From contig JAWQFM010000035.1 in NCBI GenBank assembly GCA_033442325.1, positions 1 through 44,739 on the forward strand: a stretch of 44,739 bases of DNA, written 5' to 3'. Under the pieces are notes generated by a model. It was not told where the DNA came from. It did no database searches and saw only the letters and a program-made list of their open reading frames with translations. The position numbers and the translations under genes were made by a program. How positions within the stretch are numbered: position 1 is the first letter of the stretch; each line of letters begins with the position of its first letter. This DNA comes from Salpingoeca rosetta (Eukaryota > Protista > Choanoflagellata). Of the stretch, positions 27,007 through 39,469 are shown one piece after another.

Positions 27007-27850
27007 TGTACCTCTGCAAGAATGCCGTGTTCTGCATGCCAGGGGAGACTCGGTGCGTCCCTGTACTCAAACAGGATGTGGTAGCGGCCCTCGTTCCAAT
27101 ACGCAAGTCTGGCATGTATCAACACATGTGAGCATGTGAGCGTGTGTGTTTGGAAGACATGAACACAGGTCCTCTCACACGCACGACATCAAGATCCACA
27201 AGCACACCAGCACCACGAGCACCACAAGCAACAACAAACCACCACCTCAGCTGGAGAGATGGCGCTCGATGGCTGCGCTCACGGGATGCATCGACTCAAT
27301 GTTGCCAGAGTACGTGCTGTGCATGCAATCTTTCAGCCGCAAGCGCGCAAACACAATTATGAGGTGGTGGTGGGTGATAGTGACTGCTGTGGAAGCCCGT
27401 GCATCTGCACCGACGCGACACACACAATCACACACACACACACAATCACACACACACACACACACACACAATCAAACACACACCTTCACACCAGCACGAC
27501 ACGTCGGTGCCTGGGACGAAGAGGTAAGCCCTGGACGGGTCATCGGTGCTGTACGGCCGTCACGGATGGCGGTTCGGATGGCGCGGTAGATGGCTGGCAA
27601 GGGTAGCCTCTTCATCAGCACTCAGACGGTACACGTACACCTGCCATAGATGCACGCACGCATGAACATGTAATCATAACACACACGCAGACAAAGAGTG
27701 TGAGGTCATCATGCTTCGGTTGCACGCCATTCCACGCCGTTGCTGTTGCTGTTGCTGTGTTGGCAGGTCTTCACCTTGAACGATGGGCACGTGCGAAGAG
27801 GATCGATGGATATGTCGTGCGGTGATCCCTGACATCAGGACCGCCATTGG
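24985..27850 (-). pseudogene. Exostosin (EXT1/EXT2-like, GT47) glycosyltransferase, apparently pseudogenised
   Basis: Co-linear exon remnants: VYVYRL...YSTDDPSRAYLFVPG (~27500-27640), LAYWNEGRYHILFEY (~27015-27110), HRDGLDVSMSLFS...RKYLVTFR (26733-26870, two frameshifts), RSDAMRNH..KLHNG (poly-C frameshift), CKQAEEEFNKYTYTELALETKFGLIVEAFGYPSFR (26117-26280), GAIPVIVVDHYVL, LPRILRSIPDEVVEMMQRRVVFMFEEFFKS (25504-25615), ALESARINLF. Several acceptor sites look damaged. Confidence 0.8.
25696..25795. other. Assembly gap (100 N)
   Basis: N run between a (GT)n and a (CA)n tract inside the exostosin-like locus. Confidence 0.99.
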
Positions 27851-27997
27851 CAGTGCGATGGTGCAGCGGCATCTCGGGGCAGTGCGTTCTGGTAACAGTG
27901 GTGGTTGTGGTGGAGACGATGGGTGCGTTTGTTGTGTGGTGAGGCGCGCGAATGAAAGGGGATGAGAGAAGTGGTGGGAGATATCTGCAACGAACTG

Positions 27998-28049
<52 letters not shown>

Positions 28050-29713
28050 TGTGTGAAAGAGTTCATTCTCTTCTGCAGACATGAAGCTGTCGAGACGAAG
28101 CGGTGTAGAGAAGTGCACAGAAGGATTGCAAGACGATAGCGAGTGATGAGTGGTTCAGTGTGTGCAGGTACACATCAGCAGCAGCAGCAGCATCAGCAGC
28201 GCCGTCGGCGGCAATGCGCCCGCAACAACAACACAATTTGGTGGTTGCACCTCATGTCACCATCATCCTTGTGCCGGAGCAGCGCCTCCTTCCTCTCTTC
28301 AGCTGACGGCGTACCCTGTGGCCCAAACACACACGAGGAACAGAGCTTAGGACCACACATCGCAGCACAAGATCAAACGATGGCACACCAATAGCAGACA
28401 GCAGACGCATGGAAGAATGACCACGTCGACGACACATATGCACACACACATACACATACAGCGTGCGCATACTTTTGAAAGCATTCGCTCTGTCCCGCCA
28501 CGAGCAGCACCTTGCCAATGTTACCAACGCTCTGCTCCGTCGACGCAATCAAGGGCATCCAGTGGATGGCAACCTGGTCGTTAACGGTGGCGAGATGGGT
28601 GTTGCAGTGAGCGAGGGAACGTGCGCAGGAGTGATAAGCCGTCATCAAACGGTTGCCGAGCGTAACGAGAAACACACATGCACACACACACACACACATC
28701 GCTCACTGTCATGATGAGACGTGGGCATTCCATCATCATCCCGAGCATTCGCGCGTCACACATGTCCAGCGAGCGGGCTGTTGTGGGGTGTGCGTGTGAG
28801 GAAACCACGTGCGCATGGGGCGGGTGATGAGCACCTACAGCGTGCATGCCATGTAAACTGACTTGATTGCAAGCTGGAGGATGAATGATGTGTGACCACG
28901 ACAGAGGACTGACCGATGTCAGCGCAAATGCTGTGATTGCTCACCCCTGTACCGCTGTGGAGGTGCGTCCCACTCAAACGTGGCCTTCTGTATTGCTGGT
29001 GCCTTGGTCTCCGCCACTCTCACTTGCCGATTCCTGTCTGTTTGTTGTTTGCGTGGGAGGAAGAGACGATGCAACCGTGAGAACACACGTGCCAACAGCA
29101 GCAGCAAGGCAGCAGCAGTGGTTGTGGTTTGGATATCGGATCACCACCGTGCACTGATACACACACACACACACAACACACACAGAGCGGAGGTGTGATT
29201 GCACCCACCTCGCAGGTGGCCGTGAGTGACACTGCTAGCCGCTTGCCTTGTGGTGTGCGTATGTCAGCGGCACGTGTTGCCAGTGCACTCTGAGGGGCGT
29301 TGTTTCTGCAGGCCACTGCCTTGTCCAACCACAAGAGAACAGCACACATGTTCACGTTAGCCAAGCACAACAACGACGACCTGACGACGACGAAACCACC
29401 ACTTTCAGCAGGCGCGCAGCCCCCTGCACACATCCTTGTGCCACAAGAAGAAGGAAAGAAGGGAGTCCACACCCACACCCACAACGAAGCGGCAGCAGCA
29501 ACAACCGACAGCACTGCCACCACAAACAGGACACCGCGTCCCACGTTCACATACTTGGTTGCGTGACGCATGGAGCGAACGAATAGTGCCCAAGACGAAG
29601 AAGAAGAAGAAGCAGAAGTCGAGAAAGGAACAGCGGGCATGATGTGTGTTGGCTCACGTGGGGATCGTTGACGTGACACCTACTTTGTGTTGCATGTGTG
29701 TGTGTGTGTGTGT

Positions 29714-29788
<75 letters not shown>

Positions 29789-30111
29789 AGAGACCTTTCT
29801 TCCACATTGGTCTGGTTGGCTGTTGGTGACTGGGTAGCGATCACCAACAATCCCCTCTTCCCCTCTCCCACATCTCTCTTCCCACCCCATGCTGCTGTTG
29901 GGGTGACTGCTACATCACTCCTCCTTCCTTCCTTGCCTTGCCTCGCCTCGCTGTGTGCACTGCACCAAAGAGAACAAGAAGAAGAAGAAGATGAAGCGAG
30001 TGCAAGCAAGTTTGGGCTGCCACATCTCCACAGTCGTGCCATCGACTGATTTCAGCTTTCCCCGTCTTCTTCTGCACAGACACAACTCGTGGCTGGTTGC
30101 GCGCAATGCAC

Positions 30112-30147
<36 letters not shown>

Positions 30148-32189
30148 CATTCGCTGCGACGAAAGGAAAGGATGGATGGGGAGGTGCGTGGTGGTGGTTG
30201 GCGGTGGTGGTTTGGTCACATACTCAGCCACAACAGCCACAACAACAACAACAGCAGCAGCAGCAGGGAGCCGCAGGGGGGATATTGATGACAGATGACA
30301 ATGACACATGCAAGCAATCCATCAATCAATCAATCAAGCAGACGAGCAAGCAGGCAAGCGAGCAAGCAAGCCAAGCCAAGGGACATGTATTCATTCACTC
30401 CGCTTGGACGAGCGACACGCCCACCACGTGGTGCGTGCGTGTGTGTTGTACTCACTGCTCTGCTTCCTTTACACTGTTCCTTCCTGCCTCGCAGTCCACT
30501 CTCCCTTTCTTTCCTTTGCACACCCCTTGCTTGACCTGCTCTCTGCACACCATCTCTTCTCCACCCCCCCTTCACTCACACATCTCAAGCCACCTCCCTC
30601 TCACCTCCCCCTTTGCTTTTGGCTGCAACGCTGTGTGCCTTCATCTTCACCACCACCACCTGTTTTGCAGGCTGACGATGAGGATGATGATGGTGGCTTG
30701 AATGACAGCACCGTGTACTTGAGCGGGTGCCATCACCGTGTGCCACGACAACAAGAGGCACTTCCTTCTCTCTCGCTCTGTCTCGGTATGTGTGTGGCTG
30801 ATGGCGTGGGGGGTGGGGTGTTGCCTGGGATTTCCACTCCACTGCACTGCACCTCAATGTGCTGTGTGACGCGACATGCACACCACAGTTTGCACGCCTC
30901 CTTCCCCCACTTATCCCGTCAGCACGTCCTTGTTCTTGTCAACCACCTCCCCTCGTCAATCACACCCCACACCCCACACACATACTCTCTCCTTAACCCC
31001 TGTCACGATGTGTGCTTGCTTCAGAGCAGGCCTCTGACATTGTCATCACCGCTGCCATACGGCGGTCGGTGCCATGCACGGGCATGGAGACAGTGAGCCA
31101 GCTCGTGGTCTCCAGCGTGGTGGCTGGGATGTGCACTGAGGTGAAGGATCCCACCACCACACTTCCGCTTCCATACCACCATGACTGACACCACCAGCAG
31201 ACATCGCTCCCAGCGCCACACAAAACGTGTGTGTGTGTCTATGTGGGTATGTGTGTATGTGTGTGTGTGTGTGTGTGTGTATGTGTGTGATTGAATTCAT
31301 TTGCACTCGTTGCCCCTCCCGCATGTCGAAGCAACCACGCACACCGACCACCCCTCGTCAACACAACACCATTCAACATCCCCACTGGGCTGATGCAGGG
31401 CTGCACTTGCACGTCGTGCACGACAGCTTCTCATCGTCAGTTCTCTCTTCTCTCCTTTTTTGTCTTCACACAAGTCGCATCACCCCCGCCCAGTGGAGCG
31501 CCTGCATCTTGCTCCCCACCCTCCCGTTGCACGCGTGCACACACCGATTCCGGCCCAGCGCAGGCTCTGCTGCTGCAGCCAACCACCCACACACATCGTC
31601 ACCGCAACGCCGCTTCAACCAACCGCAGCCACCGACAGCCACGGGCATTGCACCTTTGCTGTGATTGAGTGCTGCCAGCACGTGGCCCCACCTCAACCTG
31701 CCACATCATCATCACCATCCCCGACACTGCCATGTGTGTGTGTGTGTGCATGCATGCGTATTCACGCCATCGTCAGCCACACCACGCCAACACAGCAACA
31801 GCTGCACTGCTTGCTGTCCTGCGCGGCGTTGTGGCGGTGCACTCAAGGCCCTTTTCTTTTGTCAACCAGTTTCCCGCTGCTGCTAGCTGTGCTTCTCCCT
31901 GACCATCTCAACTGCTGCTGTTTTCCGCCACCTCATCTCCTGCCAGCGAGGCATTCCACCGCGGCCACAGCCGTCACTGCACACTGCCGGTTTCAAGCAG
32001 CTCACTGCGGTGGATGCTGTTGGACCACCACACCGTTGTTGGAAGAGGGATTGGCCGTGATTGTGGCGGTTGTTGTGGTGCTGCACGCCATGACATCAAC
32101 AGCGGCAGTTGACGAGGTGATGGTGTGCTTGCGCTCCTCACTGGTTGCAGCGGCAGCAAGGGGGCGGCCATCGTGTTTCTGGTTCGCAT

Positions 32190-32745
32190 GCATGTGCTGG
32201 CCAACGTGGCGCAGGAGCGGTTCAAGGACTACGACAACGATTCTGTGCCGTTCATGAAGAACATTCTCCAACACTCAAACGACAGGCAATACCGCATGCT
32301 GCGCGGCCTGATGGGCGTGTTTGTTTGCAAGGACATGTTTGCGCCGGATGCACACGAGCTCATGCGCGTTATGCAAGCCAGCGCCGCCCAGATTGAGGAG
32401 GAGGATCCACAATCCACATACATCCACACAAGGTGCGCTCAAGGCCAAGAGAGAGAGGGGGGGTGTGCGCGTGTGAGTGTGTGAGTGTGTGTCTGTGTCT
32501 GTGTGTGTGTCTGTGTGTGAACATGTCGCTTCGTCGCTTCTCTCCTTTCTCCACTTTCGGCTTGCCAAACCTCACCGCCACCCCTTGTCGTCCTGCCGCG
32601 TTCAGGCTGTTGAGTCGCTGCTCGCTGTGATCCAGGGCTCCCGGCTCCCGCGAATCGCCCAACTCCAGCGCGACCGAGAACTGCATCTCCGCCTTTGTCA
32701 AGATTGCACACAACCCAGCACACGGCCTCTCAAAGGTGTGTGTGG

Positions 32746-32811
<66 letters not shown>

Positions 32812-33040
32812 TGCTACACTCCTTCTTCGCTGTCCTTTGCGTTGGTTGTTTGCTCTTGTTGTCACGTTGTCGTCGCTTTTTCTTTAACCTCCTCATCCAC
32901 CCATCCACCACCAACCCTTGCACAGATGAGATGCTGACACATCTGCTTGACTGGCTGTCTATTACAGAAGACGACGATGAAGCAAAGTACATCTTCACAT
33001 ACCTCGTCGAGGTCCTCCAAGCGTGAGTGCTACGACTGTG

Positions 33041-33108
<68 letters not shown>

Positions 33109-33656
33109 ATGGCCTGGTCGTGCTGCATGTGTCGGTGGTGTGCTCTGCCGCCTGTCGTTCTTGTTCGCGACTGACTCTCCCGTTCCCCCTCCCATTGCTT
33201 CCTGTACCTCCCTCTCCTTCCTTTTGTTGTTGCTTCTGTAGGCAAGATCCACGCGAGACTGCGCCTGAGAGCCCGGTGAAGATTGTGCGGGCGTTTGTTT
33301 GTGCAGGTGATTGGCACCCCCGCGGCCGCCGTCGACGAGCCCCACTGCCAGGGCATGTACACAGCCTCATGGTGCGTGGGTTGTGTTGTGTGTGATTTAT
33401 GTGATGTGTGTGTGTGTGTGTGTTTGCTGCCTCGAAGATGCGCGACTGTCGTGTACTTCGTGTACTTTCCCATCGTCTTCCTCCCTCTTCCTCCCTGCTC
33501 CTTCTTCCACTCCTCATTCTCACACCCTCGTGTCGTTTCCTCTCGTAGAATATGCAGGATTCGCCTGCCCACGGCGTGTTGAGGTATTTGATGCAGGACC
33601 CCGAGGTGCACACCCGCGTGCAGCGCGCTGTTGAGGCACTTGGCTCGTCCGCGTAG
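32190..33656 (+). pseudogene. Importin-5 (karyopherin beta-3/Kap121)-like fragment, probably a pseudogene
   Basis: VAQERFKDYDNDSVPFMKNILQHSNDRQYRMLRG-LMGVFVCKDMFAPDAHELMRVMQ...EEEDPQSTYI, then a jump to SATENCISAFVKI (frameshifted) and EMLTHLLDWLSITEDDDEAKYIFTYLVEVLQA, resembling IPO5 HEAT repeats. The KxxECIS segment and a large internal region are missing, and no N-terminal half is recognisable. Confidence 0.75.
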
Positions 33657-34922
33657 TCACCATGTTGTGATGTGGCGTGTCAACTTGTGCACCAGTTTAG
33701 AGCATGGCTGAATGTCTGTCGATTCCTCATCCTCTTGTTTCCCTTTCTTGCTCTCTTCTCTTCTCTTCTTCTTCTTCTCTTCTGTTCTTCCCTTCCTTCA
33801 CTCTCCCTCTCGCCTGCTTGCTTGCTTGCTTATGTCACGCCCTTCTTGTGCTTGCCTGTTGTTTCTATTGTGTGGCGCTGTGTACAGCTGAACACGTTCT
33901 TGGTGTGTTTGGTTGATGTGTGCTGCTGCTGCTGCTGTGCGTATTTGATTCTGGCTTGCAACTGGAGGGTGTTGTTTGATGTGCAGAGGGGCTGGCTGTT
34001 GTTTGGTTGGCTTGGCTTCATGTTGCATTTGGGCACTGCTGTGTGTGTGGATGTGTGGATGTGTGTGTGTTGATGTGTGTTGGGCTGGGGGCGTTGTTTG
34101 TGGGTTGTGTGGCGGACCTGTTCTTTCCTCAGTAAATGGCTCGATGAAGATGATGAGATCCGTTGACGGTGGTGATGGTGGAGCGGCGGTGATGTTTGTG
34201 GTGTTGATGTGGCTACAGACATTGGTGTGTTGTACCAACCAGGCAAAACCAAGCGAGGAGGGCGCGGCTGTTGTTCCTTTCGGCGACAAAGCGAGTCGGG
34301 TCGTTGCTGGCTGGCTGGCTGGAGGCACTTCATCCTGTTTGTTTGTTGTGTTCCCGGCAACAACGAGGGCTCGAAGAGATGGTTGACGAACATCTTCCAC
34401 GGAAGCGCTGGTGTGCGGATAACCTCTGTAAGGTTTTGCGAATCGTCCAATGGCTGAGTCGCAAAACAACAACACACACAAAACAAAGGAAACAAAAAGC
34501 AGCGCGTTGACTTGTCGTCGTCGGGATTATTGCAACTTTACCGCAGGCGCTCGCTAAATTCCCAATGTTTTTTGCTTCTACAGTTTCGGAATTTGCATGT
34601 GTCAAGGCAGCGCAAAGGCGGCGCAGCCGCCGGTTAGGGAAAACCCTGTGCGACAAATCTGGTTCGGGTAGCGCAGCGATGCGGGAGCGAGCGTAGCGGT
34701 TAGCGGGGGTAGGGCTTCACAGCATGCGATTTGATGGTTAGTGGACGCGCCTCGAGCTTTTGCGCGTGGTCACGAACCGGCAATGCTCACTTCGCAACCG
34801 TAGTTTAGCAATGGTCACCGGTAATATTTTTTAAAACCCTGTCGTCGTCCATTTGTCGTTGTCTTCTTCCAGCTCACGAGCACGTCACAACAAGCCACAA
34901 GGAGAAAAGACGACGCGCCGCC

Positions 34923-37900
34923 ATGTCCGGCGGAGAGAAGAGAGCGAGGGAGGAGGTGGAGGCGTTGCTGGCGCAGACGAAGCTGAAGGATGGGGTGAAG
35001 AACAAGATCAGGGCCATCGCCAACAACACGTGTGGGGACAATGTGGGGTGAGTGCAAAAGCAACCAAAACGACGTGTTGGAACATGCATGCATGTGTTGG
35101 ACAGAAGGACACTTCTTGTGGTTGTGCTTGTGCTTATTCTTCCCCCCCCCCTCTCTCTCTCTGCTTGGCTTGTCCTTGTGTTGCAATGAGCTTGGTGTGG
35201 CTTGCTGTTGGGTGTTCACGTGTGCGTGTCCTGTCCCCTCGCACCACCTGGACACATCAACAGAGAGTGTGTGTGCGTGTGTGTTTGTGGCAGGTTGTGA
35301 CTGGCACCCTCATGGTTTTGCTCTGTGTATCCTCAGTCTTCTTGCTCATTTCATGACACACACCATTTGAAATTACAGCTTGAATAATGCTCGCCTCGGC
35401 GTCATTGGGGCGCGTGCGGTGGCCGAGGCGCTCAAGGACAACACCTGCCTCAAACGACTCTAGTGCGTGGTGATGATGAATCTGCATCGTGTGACATGCA
35501 TGGTTGATTGGGGTGGCGGTGTTGCACGTTGCATCCCTTTCTCCTCCCCTGCTTGCGCATGTTTGGACGTGTGTTCACCGTCGCTCCCTGCGGTTCTTGT
35601 GTGTCTGCACAGCCTGCACAACAATTCCATCGGCCCTGAGGGCGCCGTGGCGTTGGCGGAGATGCTGAAGCACAACACGGCCCTCACATGGCTCAGGTGA
35701 GTGTGTGTACACGCACACATGCACATGTATGCTGCGTCACTGCCGCTGCACCTTATCACGTGCACATGTGTGGATTGATGACTGTGTTGCCACCCACAAC
35801 AATCATCACTCACGCACTCACTCTTCCTCATCCATGCGGCATCATTGCCCTGTGTGGCATCATCCAATTTTGACAGCCTGGGAGACAACTCCATCGGCGG
35901 CCAGGGCGCTGTGGTGTTGGCGGAGATGCTGAAGCACAACACGGCCCTCACATGGCTCAGGTGAGTGTGTACACGCACACATGCACATGTATGCTGCGTC
36001 ACTGCCGCTGCACCTTATCACGTGCACATGTGCCCATGTGTGGATTGATGACTGTGTTGCCACCCACAACAATCATCATCACGCACGCACGCACTCACTC
36101 TTCCTCACCCATGTGGCATCATCGCCCTGTGTGGCATCCACCATACCGTCTTGACAGCCTGTACAACAACTCCATCGGCGATGAGGGCGCCGTGGCGTTG
36201 GCGGAGATGCTGGAGCACAACACGACCCTCGAAACACTCGAGTGAGTGTGTACACGCACACATGCACATGTATGCTGCGCCACTGCCGTTGCACCTTATC
36301 ACGTGCACATGTGCCCATGTGTGGATTGATGACTGTGTTGCCACCCACAACAATCATCATCACGCACGCACGCACTCACTCTTCCTCACCCATGTGGCAT
36401 CATCCCCCTGTGTGGCATCCACCACATCATCTTGACAGCCTGTGGGACAATTCCATCGGCGATGAGGGCGCCGTGGCGTTGGCGGAGATGCTGAAGCACA
36501 ACACGACCCTCGAAAAACTCAAGTGAGTGTGTACACGCACACATGCACATGTATGCTGCGTCACTGCCGCTGCACCTTTATCACGTGCCCATGTGTGGAT
36601 TGATGACTGTGTTGCCATCCACAGCAATCATCATCACTCACTCACGCACTTCCTCACCCATGTGGCATCATCCCCCTGTGTGGCATCCACCACATCATCT
36701 TGACAGCCTGTGGGACAATTCCATCGGCGATGAGGGCGCCGTGGCGTTGGCGAAGGTGCTGAAGCACAACACGACCCTCGAAATACTCAAGTGAGTGGAA
36801 GCTCCTCTTTGCAATGTGTGTCTTTATGCGCTGCCTCTGCAGTACACATGTGCAGATCAAGGCACCGCAAGCCACCCACGATGTCTCTGCGACATGTTTG
36901 TCCAACTAACCAACAAATGCTTCCATCCTTCACCTGTGCCACAAGCGCTGCCACATCCTGTGCAATTTGCATTTGCCCCCTTTGCTTCCGCCATTGTGAC
37001 TTCAATGTCGTAGGACCTGATGTGCGAGCGAGTACGCGTGCACGTGATCCATCTGCAACCCACTTTCATCCATGACACTGACACGTGTTGCTTGCCCACC
37101 CGTTCCCCTGCTCTTCCAACATGTATTTCTTGCCACTTGCAGCTTGACCAAGAACTCCATCACCCCGGTTGGCGGTGCGGCGCTGGGTGCCGCACTGGAC
37201 CAGAACCGCACGCTGAAGAAGCTTAAGTCCGTCAATTGCGTTGCGCCTGCCTCATGAACGCCTGTGTCCTGTTGTGGATTTGTGTGACCAATCACCACTC
37301 TTTGAGTGCACGCCACACTGTGTGTTCCTCTCTGCTTGCTTGCATTTCTCCACAACCCTAACCACCAACCCTCCTGACCCACGCACCGCACTTGCTGCTT
37401 GTTCCCAACCACACGCTACCACCACGTGTCCTCGTTCAGCATCGAGAGGAACTCCACCGCCACTGCCCGCGCCTTTGGTGCCGCGCTGCCCGTCGACCGA
37501 GAACTCATCACAGGGGATTGGTCAATGCGTGCTTCCACTCTAGTCGCTTGATCCCTGCTTTCTCTCGACCCTTCTCCTCACGCACACATGCTGCGTGATG
37601 CTTGCGTCCAATGTCGCGTGGGATCACAGGTTTGGCGACGATGAGGGCAACGCCGCCTTCGACGAAGCACGCAAGGAGAAGAAACGACGACACCATGAGC
37701 AACTGTTTGCTGCCTGCAGGGATGGCGACGCTCCAGCTGTCACGTCCCTCATCGAGCAGGACAATGCAGACATCAACCAACAGGACAAGCAGGTATGTTC
37801 ATCATGTGTGTGTCTGGGTGTGTTTGTTGTGCCCGTATGTGACGGCGCTCGCTCATGGTTGCACCGGCCGTGTGTTCGTTTTCAATAGATCCTCACCACA

Positions 37901-38809
37901 CGTGCCATGCCCCTTGCTGCCCCCACCCAACAACAGGGCGACACGCCACTGCACGTTGCCTGCAGGCACAACCAGCCAGCCATTGTGAAGCTGCTCGTCG
38001 AGAAGGGCGCAGACACTTCCGTCAAGAATAAGAAGGTGTGCTTCGCGTCGTGTTGCTGTTTCTGAAGACGTGACACAACTGCTTCTTTGCTTTGCGCTGT
38101 GTTCTCCCCCTCTCCCTGCTTCCCTCCTTCCTCAACTCATGCGTTTTACCTTTCCAACACACGCAGGGAGAGAGGCCCTATGATGTGGCACAGGCCGGCC
38201 ACGCTGCCATCACCAGCATCCAAGGGCTGAAGCCAGGCGGCAAGCCTTCGGAGCAACCACAGCAGCAACAACCAAAACAAGAGCCACCTGCGCCCACTCC
38301 TGCCGCCGGACCGAAGCAAGAAGAACAAGCAGCGCAAGACGTGAGTGATCAGAAGGGTGCTTGCCAGCAACGCACAAGCAAATGCATCACGTCACCCATG
38401 CCATTCCTTCATCACGCTCTCCGTGGTCTCGTATCAAGCATAATCATGATGTCTCACACAACCGTCACCACCGCCACCAGCAGCAGCAGCCCGAGCAGGC
38501 GCGCAGGGAGCGTCTCCAGCAGCGCATGCGGGGGGTCATAGCACGCTTCAACGCGACCATGGCGGGCAGGGCCAAACTCATCTTCATTGGTCAGGGGCGC
38601 GCCGGCAAGACTTCCACGTTCCACTCACTCATGGGTCACATGTTCAACAAGCACGAGCACTCCACGCATGGCGCCGCCTCAACCGACCTCGCCGTCATTG
38701 TCGAATCAATGGACGTTCACGACTGGCAGGTGTGTGAGTGAAGCTGATGCGAGCATGTGATGTGTGCGACGATGGGTGTGAAGCGAGGTGGTGGTTGACA
38801 CGATCATCC

Positions 38810-38865
<56 letters not shown>

Positions 38866-39417
38866 CCTTTGCAGGAGCTGGATGCGGAAATCTCTGAGTT
38901 GATGCGCAGTCTCTGCGGCACAGCGCTGGCGCAGGAATCTGGCGTGGACTTGCAGATGAAGCAGGCGATGATGAAGGCGAAGGCCGACTTGGAGAGCCGC
39001 GTTGCCCAACACCAACAGCAACAGCGGCAACAAGAAGCCGAGAAGGCAGAGAAGGCGACGGGTTCAAAGTCGAAGAAGGAGCAGTTACAGAATTCAAAGG
39101 AGACGCGGTCACGGCCATCCTCCCGCACGTCGACATCGACGGTCCCAAAGCCCAGCAAGGCATCTCATGACTCAGCATCTGCGCCCACGAAGCAGGCCAC
39201 CCTAAACCCTTCCAGCCAAAGTGATGCTGCTGCGCGTGACAACAGCAGCAGCACCACGCCCGGCATGTCTGCTGAGGAAATGGAGAAAGCGATCAAGGAA
39301 TTCAACGTGGACGCCGTCATGGGCGAGGGCAAAGCGCGGGTCACGTTCAAGATCTTTGACCTGGGTGGCCAGTCCACCTTCTACATCTTCCACCCTTTCT
39401 TCCTCACAAAGTGGGTC

Positions 39418-39469
<52 letters not shown>

